The notes under the pieces are model-generated. The model was not told the origin of the DNA. It saw only the letters and a list, made by a program, of their open reading frames with translations, and did not search any database. A stretch of 64,000 nucleotides of DNA, taken from contig OY970359.1 of assembly GCA_963718665.1 (NCBI GenBank), positions 416,001 through 480,000 on the forward strand, given 5' to 3'. Source of the DNA: an uncultured Phycisphaerales bacterium (GTDB taxonomy: Bacteria > Planctomycetota > Phycisphaerae > Sedimentisphaerales > Anaerobacaceae). Each line of letters opens with the position of its first letter. The first letter of the stretch is position 1. Below, in pieces: positions 38,449 through 49,376 of this stretch. A program made the position numbers and the translations under genes.

Positions 38449-41313
38449 CTAAATACTCTTTTCAGCTTTCGCATCCTCTTCGAGTTTTTTGCGGAGGTAT
38501 TTGCCCGTATAGCTGACCTCATTTTTGGTAATTTCCTCAGGCGTTCCCGTCGCGACAACCGTCCCGCCCCTTTCGCCGCCTTCAGGCCCAAGGTCGATTA
38601 TGTAATCCGCCAGCTTTACCACGTCGAGGTTATGCTCGATAACGACCACGGTATTGCCCAAATCAACAAGTCGCTGCAGAACGCTGAGCAGATTGTGAAT
38701 ATCGGCAAAGTGCAATCCGGTTGTCGGCTCATCGAGAACGTAGAGTGTATGCCCGGTCGCCGCCTTGCCCAGTTCCGCCGCAAGTTTCACCCGCTGGGCC
38801 TCACCCCCCGACAGCGTCGTTGACGCCTGACCGAGTTTGATATATCCAAGGCCGACGTCGTTGAGCATTTTCAAAAGGCGGATGACGGTCGGGAAGTTCG
38901 CGAAAAACTCAAGCGACTCCTCAATCCGCATATCCAGCACATCGGCTATATTCTTACCTTTACAAGTTACTTCCAGTGTCTCCGGATTATACCTTTTTCC
39001 TTTGCACTGCTGACAAGTCACATACACATCAGGAAGGAAGTGCATCTCAATCAACATTGTACCCTGGCCCTTGCAGTATTCGCAACGGCCGCCTTTGGTA
39101 TTGAAGCTGAAACGGCCTGCCTTGTAGCCGCGGATTTTGGCCTCGCGTGTTTTGGCGAAAAGCTTGCGAATCTCATCGAGGGCGCCGGTATAAGTCGCGG
39201 GGTTACTGCGGGGGGTTTTGCCGATAGGCGACTGGTCAATCTGGATAACCTTGTCGATTTGCGTTATGCCGAGGATGCTTTTGTGTTTGCCCGGATGCTC
39301 GCGGGAGCCATACAGGCGACGGCGTAACGCGGCCAAAAGCACCTGATTGACGAGGGTGCTTTTACCTGAGCCGGAAACGCCGGTAACGCCGATGAAAACG
39401 CCGAGTGGGAATTTGACGTCGATATCCTTGAGATTGTGCTCGGCAGCACCCCTTACCTCGACGCATTTGCGAAGATTGTATTTGCGTCTTCTCGAACCGA
39501 GTCCGATTCGCTTCCTGCCTCCGAGATAATCGCCCGTAAGCGACCTTGTGCAATTTATGATGTCCTGCAATTTGCCTTCGACCACCAGCTCACCGCCGTG
39601 TGCACCGGCGGCAGGGCCTATATCGATAATATGGTCGGCACTTCGCATAATGTCTTCATCGTGCTCGACCACGATGACGGTGTTGCCTATCTTGACAAGC
39701 CGCTGCAATATGCCAAGCAGCCGGTCGTTATCGCGTTTGTGAAGCCCGATTGTCGGCTCATCGAGAACATAGCAAACGCCGACAAGGCCGCTGCCCACCT
39801 GCGTTGCGAGGCGTATTCGCTGCGCCTCGCCGCCGGCAAGCGTGCCGCTCCTGCGGTCAAGCGTGAGGTATCCAAGACCGACATCGAACATAAAGCCGAG
39901 TCGCGCCTTTATCTCTTTCAATATTTGTTCGGCTATTACGGCCTTTTCGTTTTCGAGCTTGAGCTTGTTGAAAAACACCTGCGCCTTTTCGATGCTCATC
40001 GATGACAGCTCGTGAATGTTTTTGTTTCCAACCGTTACCGCGATTGCTTCGGGCCGTAATCTTGCGCCGTTGCACGCGGTGCAGTGCTGTTCGCTGAAAT
40101 AGCTGTGCAATTTTTCTTTGACGTATTCGCTTTCGGTCGCCTTCCATCTCCGCATCAGGTTCGGGATAACGCCTTCAAACCATATACCGTATTTGTCCTC
40201 ATCTTCCTTATTCGTGCCGTTCATCAGGAGACGTTTTATTTCATCGGGCAAATTCCCGAAAGGCATCGTCTTATCAACACCGAAGTCCCGGCAAAAACGG
40301 TTGACTAAGCGGTTGTAAAAAATATTCATCCGCTTGCCGCCTTTGCGCCAGGCGTCAATCGCGCCGTTTTCGAGCGACTTGGTTTTATCGGGCACAATCA
40401 GTTCGGGGTCGAATTCGAGTATTGTCCCTAAACCATCGCAGCTTTTGCACGCGCCATAGGGGCTGTTGAAGCTGAACAACCTTGGTGACAATTCTTCGAG
40501 CGACGCCTCAGGGTGCTGCGGGCAGGCGAATTTCTCGCTGTATATCGTCTCTTCCCACTTACCATCAGTTGAATCTGTGCCGGGTTTCTGGCTCAAAACC
40601 ACAATCGCCCCATCGCCGAGTTTCAACGCTGTCTCAACTGAATCCGCTAATCGAATTCGCACCGCCTCGTTTATAACCAGCCGGTCAACGACCGCGGCGA
40701 TATCGTGCTTTTTGTTCTTATCGAGCACGGGCGTGCCGCGAATATCGTAAATTCCCCCATCAACGCGCACCCGCACAAAACCTTCTCGTTGAATCGAGGC
40801 GAAGATGTCCTTGTGCTCGCCCTTTTTGCCGCGAATCAGCGGTGCGCAAATCTGCACCTTCGTCCCTTTGGGTTTGCTGATTAGCCAATCGACAATCTGC
40901 GATGAATGCTGGCTCGTAATTTCCTTGCCGCAAACCCGGCAGTGAGGCGTGCCGACTCTCGCGAACAGCAATCTAAAATAATCGTAAATCTCCGTCGTTG
41001 TCGCAACCGTCGAACGCGGATTGGCTGATGCGCTGCGCTGTTCAATCGCGATTGTCGGGGGCAGCCCGGTGATTTCGCCGACCGCGGGCTTTTGCATCTG
41101 CTCTAAGAATTGCCTCGCGTATGAGCTTAGTGATTCGACGTATTTGCGTCTGCCCTCGGCGTAAATGGTATCGAAGGCAAGCGAGCTTTTGCCTGAGCCG
41201 GAGATACCTGTGATGACAACCATTTTATCGCGGGGGATGCTCAGGTTGATATTCTTGAGGTTATGCTCCGCCGCACCGGTTATTTTGATGAACTTTTCCG
41301 TTTGCTCGCTCAT
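38449..41313 (-). CDS. uvrA: Excinuclease ABC subunit A
   Basis: GISGSGKSSLAFDT, zinc fingers, LFSFNSP, GGEAQRIRLA, GVSGSGKS, LDEPTTGLH. Confidence 0.99.
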   Translation of the reverse strand: MSEQTEKFIKITGAAEHNLKNINLSIPRDKMVVITGISGSGKSSLAFDTIYAEGRRKYVESLSSYARQFLEQMQKPAVGEITGLPPTIAIEQRSASANPRSTVATTTEIYDYFRLLFARVGTPHCRVCGKEITSQHSSQIVDWLISKPKGTKVQICAPLIRGKKGEHKDIFASIQREGFVRVRVDGGIYDIRGTPVLDKNKKHDIAAVVDRLVINEAVRIRLADSVETALKLGDGAIVVLSQKPGTDSTDGKWEETIYSEKFACPQHPEASLEELSPRLFSFNSPYGACKSCDGLGTILEFDPELIVPDKTKSLENGAIDAWRKGGKRMNIFYNRLVNRFCRDFGVDKTMPFGNLPDEIKRLLMNGTNKEDEDKYGIWFEGVIPNLMRRWKATESEYVKEKLHSYFSEQHCTACNGARLRPEAIAVTVGNKNIHELSSMSIEKAQVFFNKLKLENEKAVIAEQILKEIKARLGFMFDVGLGYLTLDRRSGTLAGGEAQRIRLATQVGSGLVGVCYVLDEPTIGLHKRDNDRLLGILQRLVKIGNTVIVVEHDEDIMRSADHIIDIGPAAGAHGGELVVEGKLQDIINCTRSLTGDYLGGRKRIGLGSRRRKYNLRKCVEVRGAAEHNLKDIDVKFPLGVFIGVTGVSGSGKSTLVNQVLLAALRRRLYGSREHPGKHKSILGITQIDKVIQIDQSPIGKTPRSNPATYTGALDEIRKLFAKTREAKIRGYKAGRFSFNTKGGRCEYCKGQGTMLIEMHFLPDVYVTCQQCKGKRYNPETLEVTCKGKNIADVLDMRIEESLEFFANFPTVIRLLKMLNDVGLGYIKLGQASTTLSGGEAQRVKLAAELGKAATGHTLYVLDEPTTGLHFADIHNLLSVLQRLVDLGNTVVVIEHNLDVVKLADYIIDLGPEGGERGGTVVATGTPEEITKNEVSYTGKYLRKKLEEDAKAEKSI

Positions 41314-41314
41314 T

Positions 41315-41870
41315 AGCCACAGAGTTTCTTAGCCACAGAGGACACAGAGGACACAGAGGACACAGAGAAATAAATTAAAAACTGTGTAAACCCGTGTTAA
41401 TCCGTGTCTAATTTCAAAAGTATTAATCCGTTTAGTTTACCTTACGTTAGACACTGCAAAATTCATTGATAATCCAAACTTGTTATTGTAGCAAAACTAA
41501 GCCACAGATTACACAGTTTTCACAGATATTTTTGGCCACAGAGCACACAGAGAATTATTTTTTCAGACACAGATTTACACAGATTAACACTGCTTTTTTC
41601 ACCACGAAGACACGAAAAACACAAAGAATTTTTAACCACGGATGGACACGGGTTAACACTGCTTTTTATTAAGCCACAGATTTCACAGATTACACGGCTT
41701 TAGTCAGCCGGAGAGGCGTATTCGCAGCGTTCATTTCTCGATACTCGTATCTGTGAATGCCCGCTACTCATCCGCCGCCCCTTAGATAGGGGCATACCTT
41801 AGGTATTTACCGGCTGACTATAAAATAACACAGATTTGCACATAATTTTGGGACACGGATTTACACAGGA
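41315..41870. repeat. Array of CAC(A/G)GA-based ~30-37-bp units
   Basis: Consecutive units at 41498-41702, each with 2-3 CAC 8-9-mers and a T-tract; (GGACACAGA)3 at about 41340. Confidence 0.8.
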
Positions 41871-41949
41871 TTCCTTCGACAAGCTCCCCCGATAAAAACA
41901 TTCGAGGGCAGGAGGATGAATAATCGCAATGGTCTAATTGATAGAACCC

Positions 41950-42693
41950 TTATTTCGGATAGCCGATTGTCTGGGCGACTATTATCTGTTCGGGCTTTAC
42001 TTTGACTGCCTCGCCGAATTTCTTCTGGTCAACCATTCCGCGCACTACCGCCGCCAGACCCTGCGATGCACAATACAAATAGACGTTCTGAACCATACAG
42101 CCCACTTCGACATCTCCCCAGATTTTTCGTTTTTCTTCCGAGACGGGGGCGGGGCCGTGACTTTCCTTCGGATTTCTTAAGGTAAAGACATAAACGAGGT
42201 TGAGCGGCGCGATGAATACGAAATCCTGCATTCCGGCCATTTTCCTGAAATCGCCCTTCGCGACGGGTTTAAGCTCGTGCTTTGCCGAGTCATACAAATA
42301 AATGCCCTCAGGCAGCACAGCGTAAATATCAACGCAATAAATGCCCATCGCCGCGGGCGAAGTGCGTTTGCCATCAGGCCTGTTTGTGCCGTCAGCCGAC
42401 CAAAGCAGGTCAGACAACTGCTGTGAGGTGAGCTTCTTATCCGAGATATCGCGCGTTGACTTTCTTTTCTTAAGCGCCTGCATCAGGGAGATCCCATTGT
42501 TCAAATCAGGGGGATTGAGTTTGATTACGCCATCCGCCTGGGGAACCGGCTGTAACTGACTGGTTGAGCCAGCAGCAGCATTAGCGTCACCACTCGCGCC
42601 GGACGTCGTGTTGACATCCTGCGAAAAACCGGAAGTTGTAATACCCAAAATGCCAATAGCCGGCACGGCCTTCAAAAATGTCCTGCGATTCAT
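41950..42693 (-). CDS. Nitroreductase / SagB-ThcOx family protein with Tat signal
   Basis: MNRRTFLK twin-Arg signal; RKSTR, RTSPAA, QNVYLYCAS.GL, IGYP. Confidence 0.88.
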   Translation of the reverse strand: MNRRTFLKAVPAIGILGITTSGFSQDVNTTSGASGDANAAAGSTSQLQPVPQADGVIKLNPPDLNNGISLMQALKKRKSTRDISDKKLTSQQLSDLLWSADGTNRPDGKRTSPAAMGIYCVDIYAVLPEGIYLYDSAKHELKPVAKGDFRKMAGMQDFVFIAPLNLVYVFTLRNPKESHGPAPVSEEKRKIWGDVEVGCMVQNVYLYCASQGLAAVVRGMVDQKKFGEAVKVKPEQIIVAQTIGYPK

Positions 42694-43036
42694 ATATCCT
42701 CCAATCTCTTTTGACATCAAAAGTTTCGGATACTCCTGCACAACTGCCGTTCCAAAATTTATTGATAACTCAAAGTTGTTATTGTATCAAACCCTGCCCC
42801 AAAACACAAACTAACCCGGCGCAAAAAAAGAGCCGTGTTGTCCGAAGACGCAAACGGACAGGTAAGGCGTCAATTGTGGATTTGGGATGCGGATAACCCC
42901 GCCACTCGCCTGCGCAAAAGTTTAGGCGAAGATGGCGGGGCTAAATATCAGGTGACGTTTATTGGCATTTGACTTTGACCTTTACGGCATTGGTCCTTTC
43001 GAACTTGGGCTTTCAAGGCCTTTTTACCCCTGTTAT

Positions 43037-43125
43037 TTTAGCAAATCCATACCAAACATCCTTCGCGGGCATATAAATTTACACATATAACCCATTGTAT
43101 TCCGCCGAGAAATCTGATATTATGA
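43037..43125 (+). repeat. Duplicated upstream block, copy 1 (copy 2 at about 44190..44278)
   Basis: Shared GCAAATCCATA...ATCCTTCGCGGGCATATAAATTTACAYATATAACCCATTGTATTCCGCC. Confidence 0.85.
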
Positions 43126-43170
43126 CTTGTGTTAAATAACCCCGCACCCACACACATATGGAGTTGGCTT

Positions 43171-44100
43171 ATGCACAGGCAAAAAACACTTGTTCGGCGT
43201 GTCGGGTTTACGCTTGTTGAACTGCTCGTCGTTATCTCTATTATCGCCCTTCTGATGGCCGTACTGTTGCCCGCCCTTAACAAGGCACGCACACAGGCCA
43301 AACGTATCGTTTGCTTAAGCAACCTCAGGCAGTTGACCCTCGGCTGGACGGCTTATGCCTCGGGCAACAATGATAAACTCGTCAACGGCGCTCCTGAACA
43401 ACCTTTCGCTGCATGCCCGGTCTGTTCAACCGGAGATACTTGCGGAGCTACTGTGCCAACCACTACTTCAGATTCTTATCATGTAAACGAGTTACCATGG
43501 ATCGGAAGCTATAACATCGCAACGACTTCGGATTGCGGCAAGAATTGCGCTATTGATTCCGGCGCACTATGGAGATACATAAATGACTACAAACTTTACC
43601 ATTGTCCAACAGGTATGAAAGGCGAAACAATTACATACTCGATTGTCGATGGAGTGAATGGTCGCCCCGATGGAAGAGCATCCGCAACCGTCCCGGCAGG
43701 AATATGGAAAAAAACTCTCGGTCAGATAAAAAGATCCGCAACGCAGATTGTCTTCGTCGATGAAGGGCGTATCACAGCAGATAGTTTTGCAGTCACTTAC
43801 GCCTCTGGCGGCTGGAGCCCTCCGGGGGACTGGTTTGACGGCCCTGATGCCCGGCACGGTAACGGGACGACCGTCTCCTTAGCCGACGGCCACGCCGAAT
43901 ACTGGCAATGGGCTGCCTTAGAAACAGTCAAACGTGCCCAATTGGTTGAATTGGGAACGGCAACAGGGTACTTCCCAGCGGGCGCAACACCAACACCGCC
44001 TGACGGCGCATTTCAGGACCTGTACAAAATGACGATTGGCTGCTGGGGACAATTAGATCCCAGTATCATTGTCACTGGACATCCGCCCAAAGTTGAGTGA
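43171..44100 (+). CDS. Prepilin-type N-methylation protein, DUF1559 / H-X9-DG family
   Basis: [47 protein letters not shown]. Confidence 0.92.
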   Translation: MHRQKTLVRRVGFTLVELLVVISIIALLMAVLLPALNKARTQAKRIVCLSNLRQLTLGWTAYASGNNDKLVNGAPEQPFAACPVCSTGDTCGATVPTTTSDSYHVNELPWIGSYNIATTSDCGKNCAIDSGALWRYINDYKLYHCPTGMKGETITYSIVDGVNGRPDGRASATVPAGIWKKTLGQIKRSATQIVFVDEGRITADSFAVTYASGGWSPPGDWFDGPDARHGNGTTVSLADGHAEYWQWAALETVKRAQLVELGTATGYFPAGATPTPPDGAFQDLYKMTIGCWGQLDPSIIVTGHPPKVE

Positions 44101-44334
44101 AAAACCCGGCTTTTCGGACCTTCTTTTGTGGTGAGCACGCCTGCCCCGGCAGGCACGTCGAATCCACCGGTCTGCCATTTTGACTGTCATTTTGGCAAAT
44201 CCATATCAGATATCCTTCGCGGGCATATAAATTTACATATATAACCCATTGTATTCCGCCTGCAAATATGATATTATAGGTTGTGCTGGTTTTTTGAACA
44301 TTGGCTGATTTACATTTATTATGAGGATACATTT

Positions 44335-45276
44335 ATGCACAAGCAAAAAACGCTTGCCCGGGGGAGTTTTCCTGCCAAAGGCGGAAACGCAACGGGGTTT
44401 ACACTTGTTGAACTGTTAGTCGTTATCGCTATTATCGCCCTTCTGATGGCCATATTGCTGCCCGCATTGAACAAGGCACGCGAACTGGGCAAACGAGCCG
44501 TCTGCCTAAGCAACCTCAAGCAGTTGACCCTCGCATGGTTGACTTATACCGAGGCCAACAACGATAAGATGGTTAACGGCGCACCTGTATCGCCAGCTCC
44601 GGCAACTCTTGCCGCTTGCCTGGCTTGTCCGACCGGGGATAATTGCGGGGCTGTTGCGCCAACTCCGACTAACTCCAGTGCCACAGATCCTCACCTTTAT
44701 GAGCTTCCCTGGATTGGAAACGCCTATGGAGCCACTGATGACTGTTGTAAGAAATGCGCGATTACAACCGGCGCATTGTGGAGATATGTGAATGACTTTA
44801 AGATTTACCGCTGCCCGACAGGCAATAAAGGCGAAATGATTACGTACACAGCATTAGATGCCGTAAACGGCCTGCCCAGAACAGATACGCAGTTAGCAGG
44901 AGTATGGCTAAAAAACAGAAATCAGATAAAGAGGACCGCAACTCAACTTGTCTTTGTTGACGAAGGGAAAGTTACACCGGATAGTTACGCAGTCAATTAT
45001 AACTCGCCGTTGTGGTTTGACCCACCTCATGTGCGACACAGCGGTGGAGATACTTTCTCCTTCTCAGATAATCACGTTGAAATCTGGAAGTGGAAATCGA
45101 AAAAAACGGTTGACTTCGCCGCAAGCTGTGAAACAGCTCCGGCGTATAACGTCTTTCCATCCGCAGCGCAACAGGATAATGATACCTGTCAGGACTTATA
45201 CTTGGTGCAAATACGCTGCTGGTCGAAAATCGAGTCTTCGGCCATTGTGGCCGCATACCCGCCCAAAATTGACTGA
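44335..45276 (+). CDS. Prepilin-type N-methylation protein, tandem paralog
   Basis: [39 protein letters not shown]. Confidence 0.92.
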   Translation: MHKQKTLARGSFPAKGGNATGFTLVELLVVIAIIALLMAILLPALNKARELGKRAVCLSNLKQLTLAWLTYTEANNDKMVNGAPVSPAPATLAACLACPTGDNCGAVAPTPTNSSATDPHLYELPWIGNAYGATDDCCKKCAITTGALWRYVNDFKIYRCPTGNKGEMITYTALDAVNGLPRTDTQLAGVWLKNRNQIKRTATQLVFVDEGKVTPDSYAVNYNSPLWFDPPHVRHSGGDTFSFSDNHVEIWKWKSKKTVDFAASCETAPAYNVFPSAAQQDNDTCQDLYLVQIRCWSKIESSAIVAAYPPKID

Positions 45277-45618
45277 AAAACCCGCGTGAATCGGCAAACT
45301 TCGGGGACATTTACCAGCAGCAGGCCCGGCATGCTCACATAGTATGATTTCATTTCTGAATTTTCTCCAATTATAATCATTTTCCCAATATAAACCGTCA
45401 ACATTTGGCAACCGACAGACGCCTCTACTTATACAGTTAAGGTCTTTGTATGTATGGTGGAAGATTTGTTTAGCCACTGATTACACAGATTACACTGAAA
45501 AAAAATATGCGACAGGGAGCGAAGCGACGATCCCGCTTCGGAAAATCAGTGCAATCTGTGGTTAATAAAAGCTTTTTGTGTCGAAAAACTTTATACACAC
45601 TTTTTGGAGGACACACTC

Positions 45619-47115
45619 ATGAAAAAGCTCTTTTTGGTATTTGTGGTTATCGCAATCGTCTCATCATCGGTTCAGGCCAAATACTCAGGCGGCTCCGGTG
45701 ACGCCAACGACCCATATCAAATCGGGTCTGCTACAGACCTGTTAACCCTAGCGGGAAGTACAGGCGACTACAATGCAAACTTCATTCTTATAGCGGATAT
45801 TGACCTCGCCTCCTATACCTTCACGACAGCCGTAATTGCACCGTATATTTATAATCCTGATGATGGTTACTTTCATGGTGTCCCTTTTATAGGTGTTTTT
45901 GACGGCAATGGGCATAAAATTACAAACCTGTTCATAAACATTACTAATGATTATGGAGGTGATTACCTCGGCCTGTTCGGATATCTTAACTACGGTGAGA
46001 TTAAAAATCTCGGCGTGGGAAATGTTAATATAACTTCTCTGCAAGGTTCATCTATTGGAGGTTTGACAGGGGAAAATTCATGTGGAATTATCATTAACTG
46101 TCATTCCTCAGGAGCCATTAATATTGTATATAATCCGACTGTTTGTCCAGCTCCTACGAGCATTTGTCTTGGCGGGCTAATAGGTTACAACAATTATGGT
46201 AAAATAAATAGTTGTTCTTCTTCAGTAAGTATAAATGGAGGGCATAATACACATTCTCTCGGCGGTTTAGCAGGATATAATTATTATGGCGATATAAATA
46301 ATTCTTTTGCAACTGGCAATGTTACCGGAGTATCTTCTTTTAATTCATTTGGTATGGATTTTGGAGGACTGGTGGGAGGAAATTATAACGGCATAATTAG
46401 TCAGTGTTGGGCCTCAGGAAATGTTAGCGGAGATGCTGAACAAAATGCACGAGGAAATTGTTGTTTTGGCGGTCTGGTAGGTCTCAATTATTATGGGGGT
46501 ACCATCAGTAACTGTTACGCGACAGGTAGTGTTAGTGTTACGAGTGGTATCAGGGGTGGTTATATCGGTGGGTTAATTGGGGAGAATGGTGATTATGACA
46601 GCAGCGCTACAAACTGTTATTCAACTGGTGCTGTAATTGGAAATCCTTATATTGTTTATGGCGGACTTGTTGGAGAAAACTCTATTGGTACTGTTACCGC
46701 TTCTTTCTGGGATATGGATACGAGCGGATTAACATTTAGTGACGGCGGCGAAGGTAAAACAACGGCGGAAATGAAAACAGAAAGCACATTTACCGATGCC
46801 GGCTGGGACTTTGTCGGCGAAACCGCAAACGGCACGGAAGATATATGGTGGATAATCGAAAACATCACTTACCCCAAACTTAACTGGCAAAGAATGATTA
46901 TGCCGCCTGGCCCGGGCGGTCCCGGCAAACCTAATGATGGCGGCATATATTTCCCGGACTACAATTTTGACGGTATCGTCAATTTTGTCGATTTTGCCAT
47001 ATTCGCCAACGCCTGGAATACTGAAAATCCTTTCATATCGCTCGACGGCGACAATGACGTTGACATCTACGACCTGAAAATCTTCTGCGATAACTGGCTG
47101 ACGTATACGAACTAA
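45619..47115 (+). CDS. Secreted GLUG-repeat protein with dockerin-like C-terminus
   Basis: Signal peptide, YSGGSG...PYQI, FDGNGHKI, GGLVG repeats, DYNFDGIVNFVDF / DGDNDVDIYDL. Confidence 0.88.
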   Translation: MKKLFLVFVVIAIVSSSVQAKYSGGSGDANDPYQIGSATDLLTLAGSTGDYNANFILIADIDLASYTFTTAVIAPYIYNPDDGYFHGVPFIGVFDGNGHKITNLFINITNDYGGDYLGLFGYLNYGEIKNLGVGNVNITSLQGSSIGGLTGENSCGIIINCHSSGAINIVYNPTVCPAPTSICLGGLIGYNNYGKINSCSSSVSINGGHNTHSLGGLAGYNYYGDINNSFATGNVTGVSSFNSFGMDFGGLVGGNYNGIISQCWASGNVSGDAEQNARGNCCFGGLVGLNYYGGTISNCYATGSVSVTSGIRGGYIGGLIGENGDYDSSATNCYSTGAVIGNPYIVYGGLVGENSIGTVTASFWDMDTSGLTFSDGGEGKTTAEMKTESTFTDAGWDFVGETANGTEDIWWIIENITYPKLNWQRMIMPPGPGGPGKPNDGGIYFPDYNFDGIVNFVDFAIFANAWNTENPFISLDGDNDVDIYDLKIFCDNWLTYTN

Positions 47116-47519
47116 CACTGATTCTGTTAGCCACAAAAAGGCACAAAAAGCTTCAAAATTTGTTTTCACCACGAAGAAGCTTAAATTTTAATGACCTGGA
47201 AACCACGATGTAAAAGTCGGGGTTTTCTTTTTTATCTACAATAACTCCCGTCTCCTGTCCGCTCTTGGCGAGACCTCGCCTGTCGCTATGCGGCTTGGCG
47301 GATGCGTTTTTGGGGCCATACAAAAGGCCTGGAAATTTCTGCTTGCATACATCCCCCGCTTTGGATAATCTGTGGTTTTTCTTCGCGGCCGTGGTTTCGA
47401 TAAATCAGGCCCCGGCAAGGCAGTAAAGACCTTTAACATATTAAAAATGACACTGATGATATTAGAACCCGTCAGACAGGCAAAACCGCCATCTAACGGG
47501 TTTAACACGGAGATGAGCT

Positions 47520-49355
47520 ATGTTCAAAATCAGTGGAATTGACCTCGCCATAATTATCGTCTATTTCTGCACCGTTATTGTGGCGGGTCTGTGGGTTTCA
47601 AGGCGAGGAGCAAAGAACCTTGAATCCTATTTCTTAGGCGGCAAGTCGCTGCCGTGGTATATCCTCGGCATTTCCGATGCCTCGGGTATGTTCGACATAA
47701 GCGGCACGATGGTGCTTGTTACCTGGCTGTTTATGTATGGTCTCAAGAGTATCTGGCTGCCCTGGGTATGGCCTACGTTCAATCAAATCTTCCTGATGAT
47801 GTTCCTCAGCGGCTGGCTGCGGCGGTCGAACGTCCTGACCGGCGCCGAATGGATTAAGACGCGGTTCGGCGAGGACAAAGGAGCAAATCTCGCTCACATC
47901 AGCGTGGTGGCCTTCGCGCTAGTAGCCGTCGTGGGTATGCTGGCCTACGCCTTCAAGGGCATCGGCAAATTTGCCGTAGTGATGCTGCCCTGGCGTTTTA
48001 CGAATACTACCGAGGGTATTTTTTCCGACGCGAACATTTACGCACTGATACTAATGGGGCTGACTTCGCTCTACACCATCAAGGGTGGAATGATAAGCGT
48101 GGTCATCACCGAGGTTATGCAGTTTACCATTCTTACTGTCACCGCCCTTGTTATCGGAGGAATCGCCATCTACTCGGTCAGTCCGGCCGAAATACAGAAT
48201 CTGATACCGGCGGGCTGGACAAGCCCGTTCTTCGGGTACAAGTTAGGACTGGACTGGACGGGCGTCTTTGACAAGGTGAATCTGGCGATACAGGCCGAAG
48301 GCAATGAGCTTTTCGGCGTCATTTTCTGCCTGATGCTGTGCAAAGGCATTTTGGCGAGTTTGGCCGGCCCGATGCCAAACTACGACATGCAGAGAATTCT
48401 GGCTACTCGTAACTCTCGCGAGGCCTGTATGATGAACGGCTGGGTGACGACGGTCCTGATGTTTCCACGCTATATGATGGTCGCCGGCCTGACAGTCATA
48501 GCGTTAAAGTTTTGCACGCCGCAGCTCAAAGCAATGGCTAAGCCGGACTTGGAGGGAATCCTGCCTGTTGTCCTGTTCAACTATATGCCGCGGGGTGTAG
48601 TCGGATTCCTGCTTGCGGGCCTGCTGGCGGCTTTTATGTCTAATTTCGCCGCCACCGTCAACGCTGCCCCGGCGTATGTCGTCAACGACATATATAAACG
48701 ATACATCAATCCCAGTGCACCCGCACGAACAGAGATACTAATGAGCCGCCTCTCGTCACTGGTAATACTCGGTCTGGGTCTTATTCTGGGCCTGCTGGCC
48801 AAAAACCTCTTCAGCATTATGTGGTGGATTGTTGGCGCCCTCAACGGCGCTTATGTCATTGCCAATGTCCTCAAGTGGATATGGTGGCGATTCAACGGCT
48901 ACGGCTATTTCTGGGGTATGATAACAGGCATCCTCAGCGCAATGTTTGTTCCCGGGCTGATGAATTTCACATTCGGCCGTGACATCAATGCCCTTTACAC
49001 CTTCCCCATCATCTTCGCGGTTTCGGCTGTGGGTTGCTTTGTGGGCACCTTCCTGACCAATGCCGAAGACGAGGCGATACTCAAAAAATTCTACAAGACC
49101 GTCAATCCCTGGGGCTTCTGGGGACCCATTCGTGAAAAGGTCGTGCAGGAAAACCCGACCTTCAGGCCGAATCGAAACTTCAGCCGGGATATGACCAATG
49201 TTGTGGTAGGCATTATCTGGCAGTTGTGCCTTGTCACGCTGCCCATCTTCATCGTCCTCCGCGACTGGCCGTGGGTTATCGAGATTGCCGTCACCCTCGC
49301 GGCAACCTGTATATTCCTGAAATTCAACTGGTACAACAAACTTGAAAAGAACTAA
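47520..49355 (+). CDS. Sodium:solute symporter (SSS), probably for a sugar
   Basis: YFLGGKSLPW, YDMQRILA, LLAAFMS, many TM helices; adjacent to GH130. Confidence 0.9.
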   Translation: MFKISGIDLAIIIVYFCTVIVAGLWVSRRGAKNLESYFLGGKSLPWYILGISDASGMFDISGTMVLVTWLFMYGLKSIWLPWVWPTFNQIFLMMFLSGWLRRSNVLTGAEWIKTRFGEDKGANLAHISVVAFALVAVVGMLAYAFKGIGKFAVVMLPWRFTNTTEGIFSDANIYALILMGLTSLYTIKGGMISVVITEVMQFTILTVTALVIGGIAIYSVSPAEIQNLIPAGWTSPFFGYKLGLDWTGVFDKVNLAIQAEGNELFGVIFCLMLCKGILASLAGPMPNYDMQRILATRNSREACMMNGWVTTVLMFPRYMMVAGLTVIALKFCTPQLKAMAKPDLEGILPVVLFNYMPRGVVGFLLAGLLAAFMSNFAATVNAAPAYVVNDIYKRYINPSAPARTEILMSRLSSLVILGLGLILGLLAKNLFSIMWWIVGALNGAYVIANVLKWIWWRFNGYGYFWGMITGILSAMFVPGLMNFTFGRDINALYTFPIIFAVSAVGCFVGTFLTNAEDEAILKKFYKTVNPWGFWGPIREKVVQENPTFRPNRNFSRDMTNVVVGIIWQLCLVTLPIFIVLRDWPWVIEIAVTLAATCIFLKFNWYNKLEKN

Positions 49356-49376
49356 AAAACAACAGGAACAAAAGAT

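Noticed and set aside
41498..41702. CRISPR array
   Set aside because: No identical repeats alternating with unique spacers, and no cas genes in the window.
43171..47115. Diversity-generating retroelement targets
   Set aside because: No reverse transcriptase and no TR/VR pair with adenine-specific differences.
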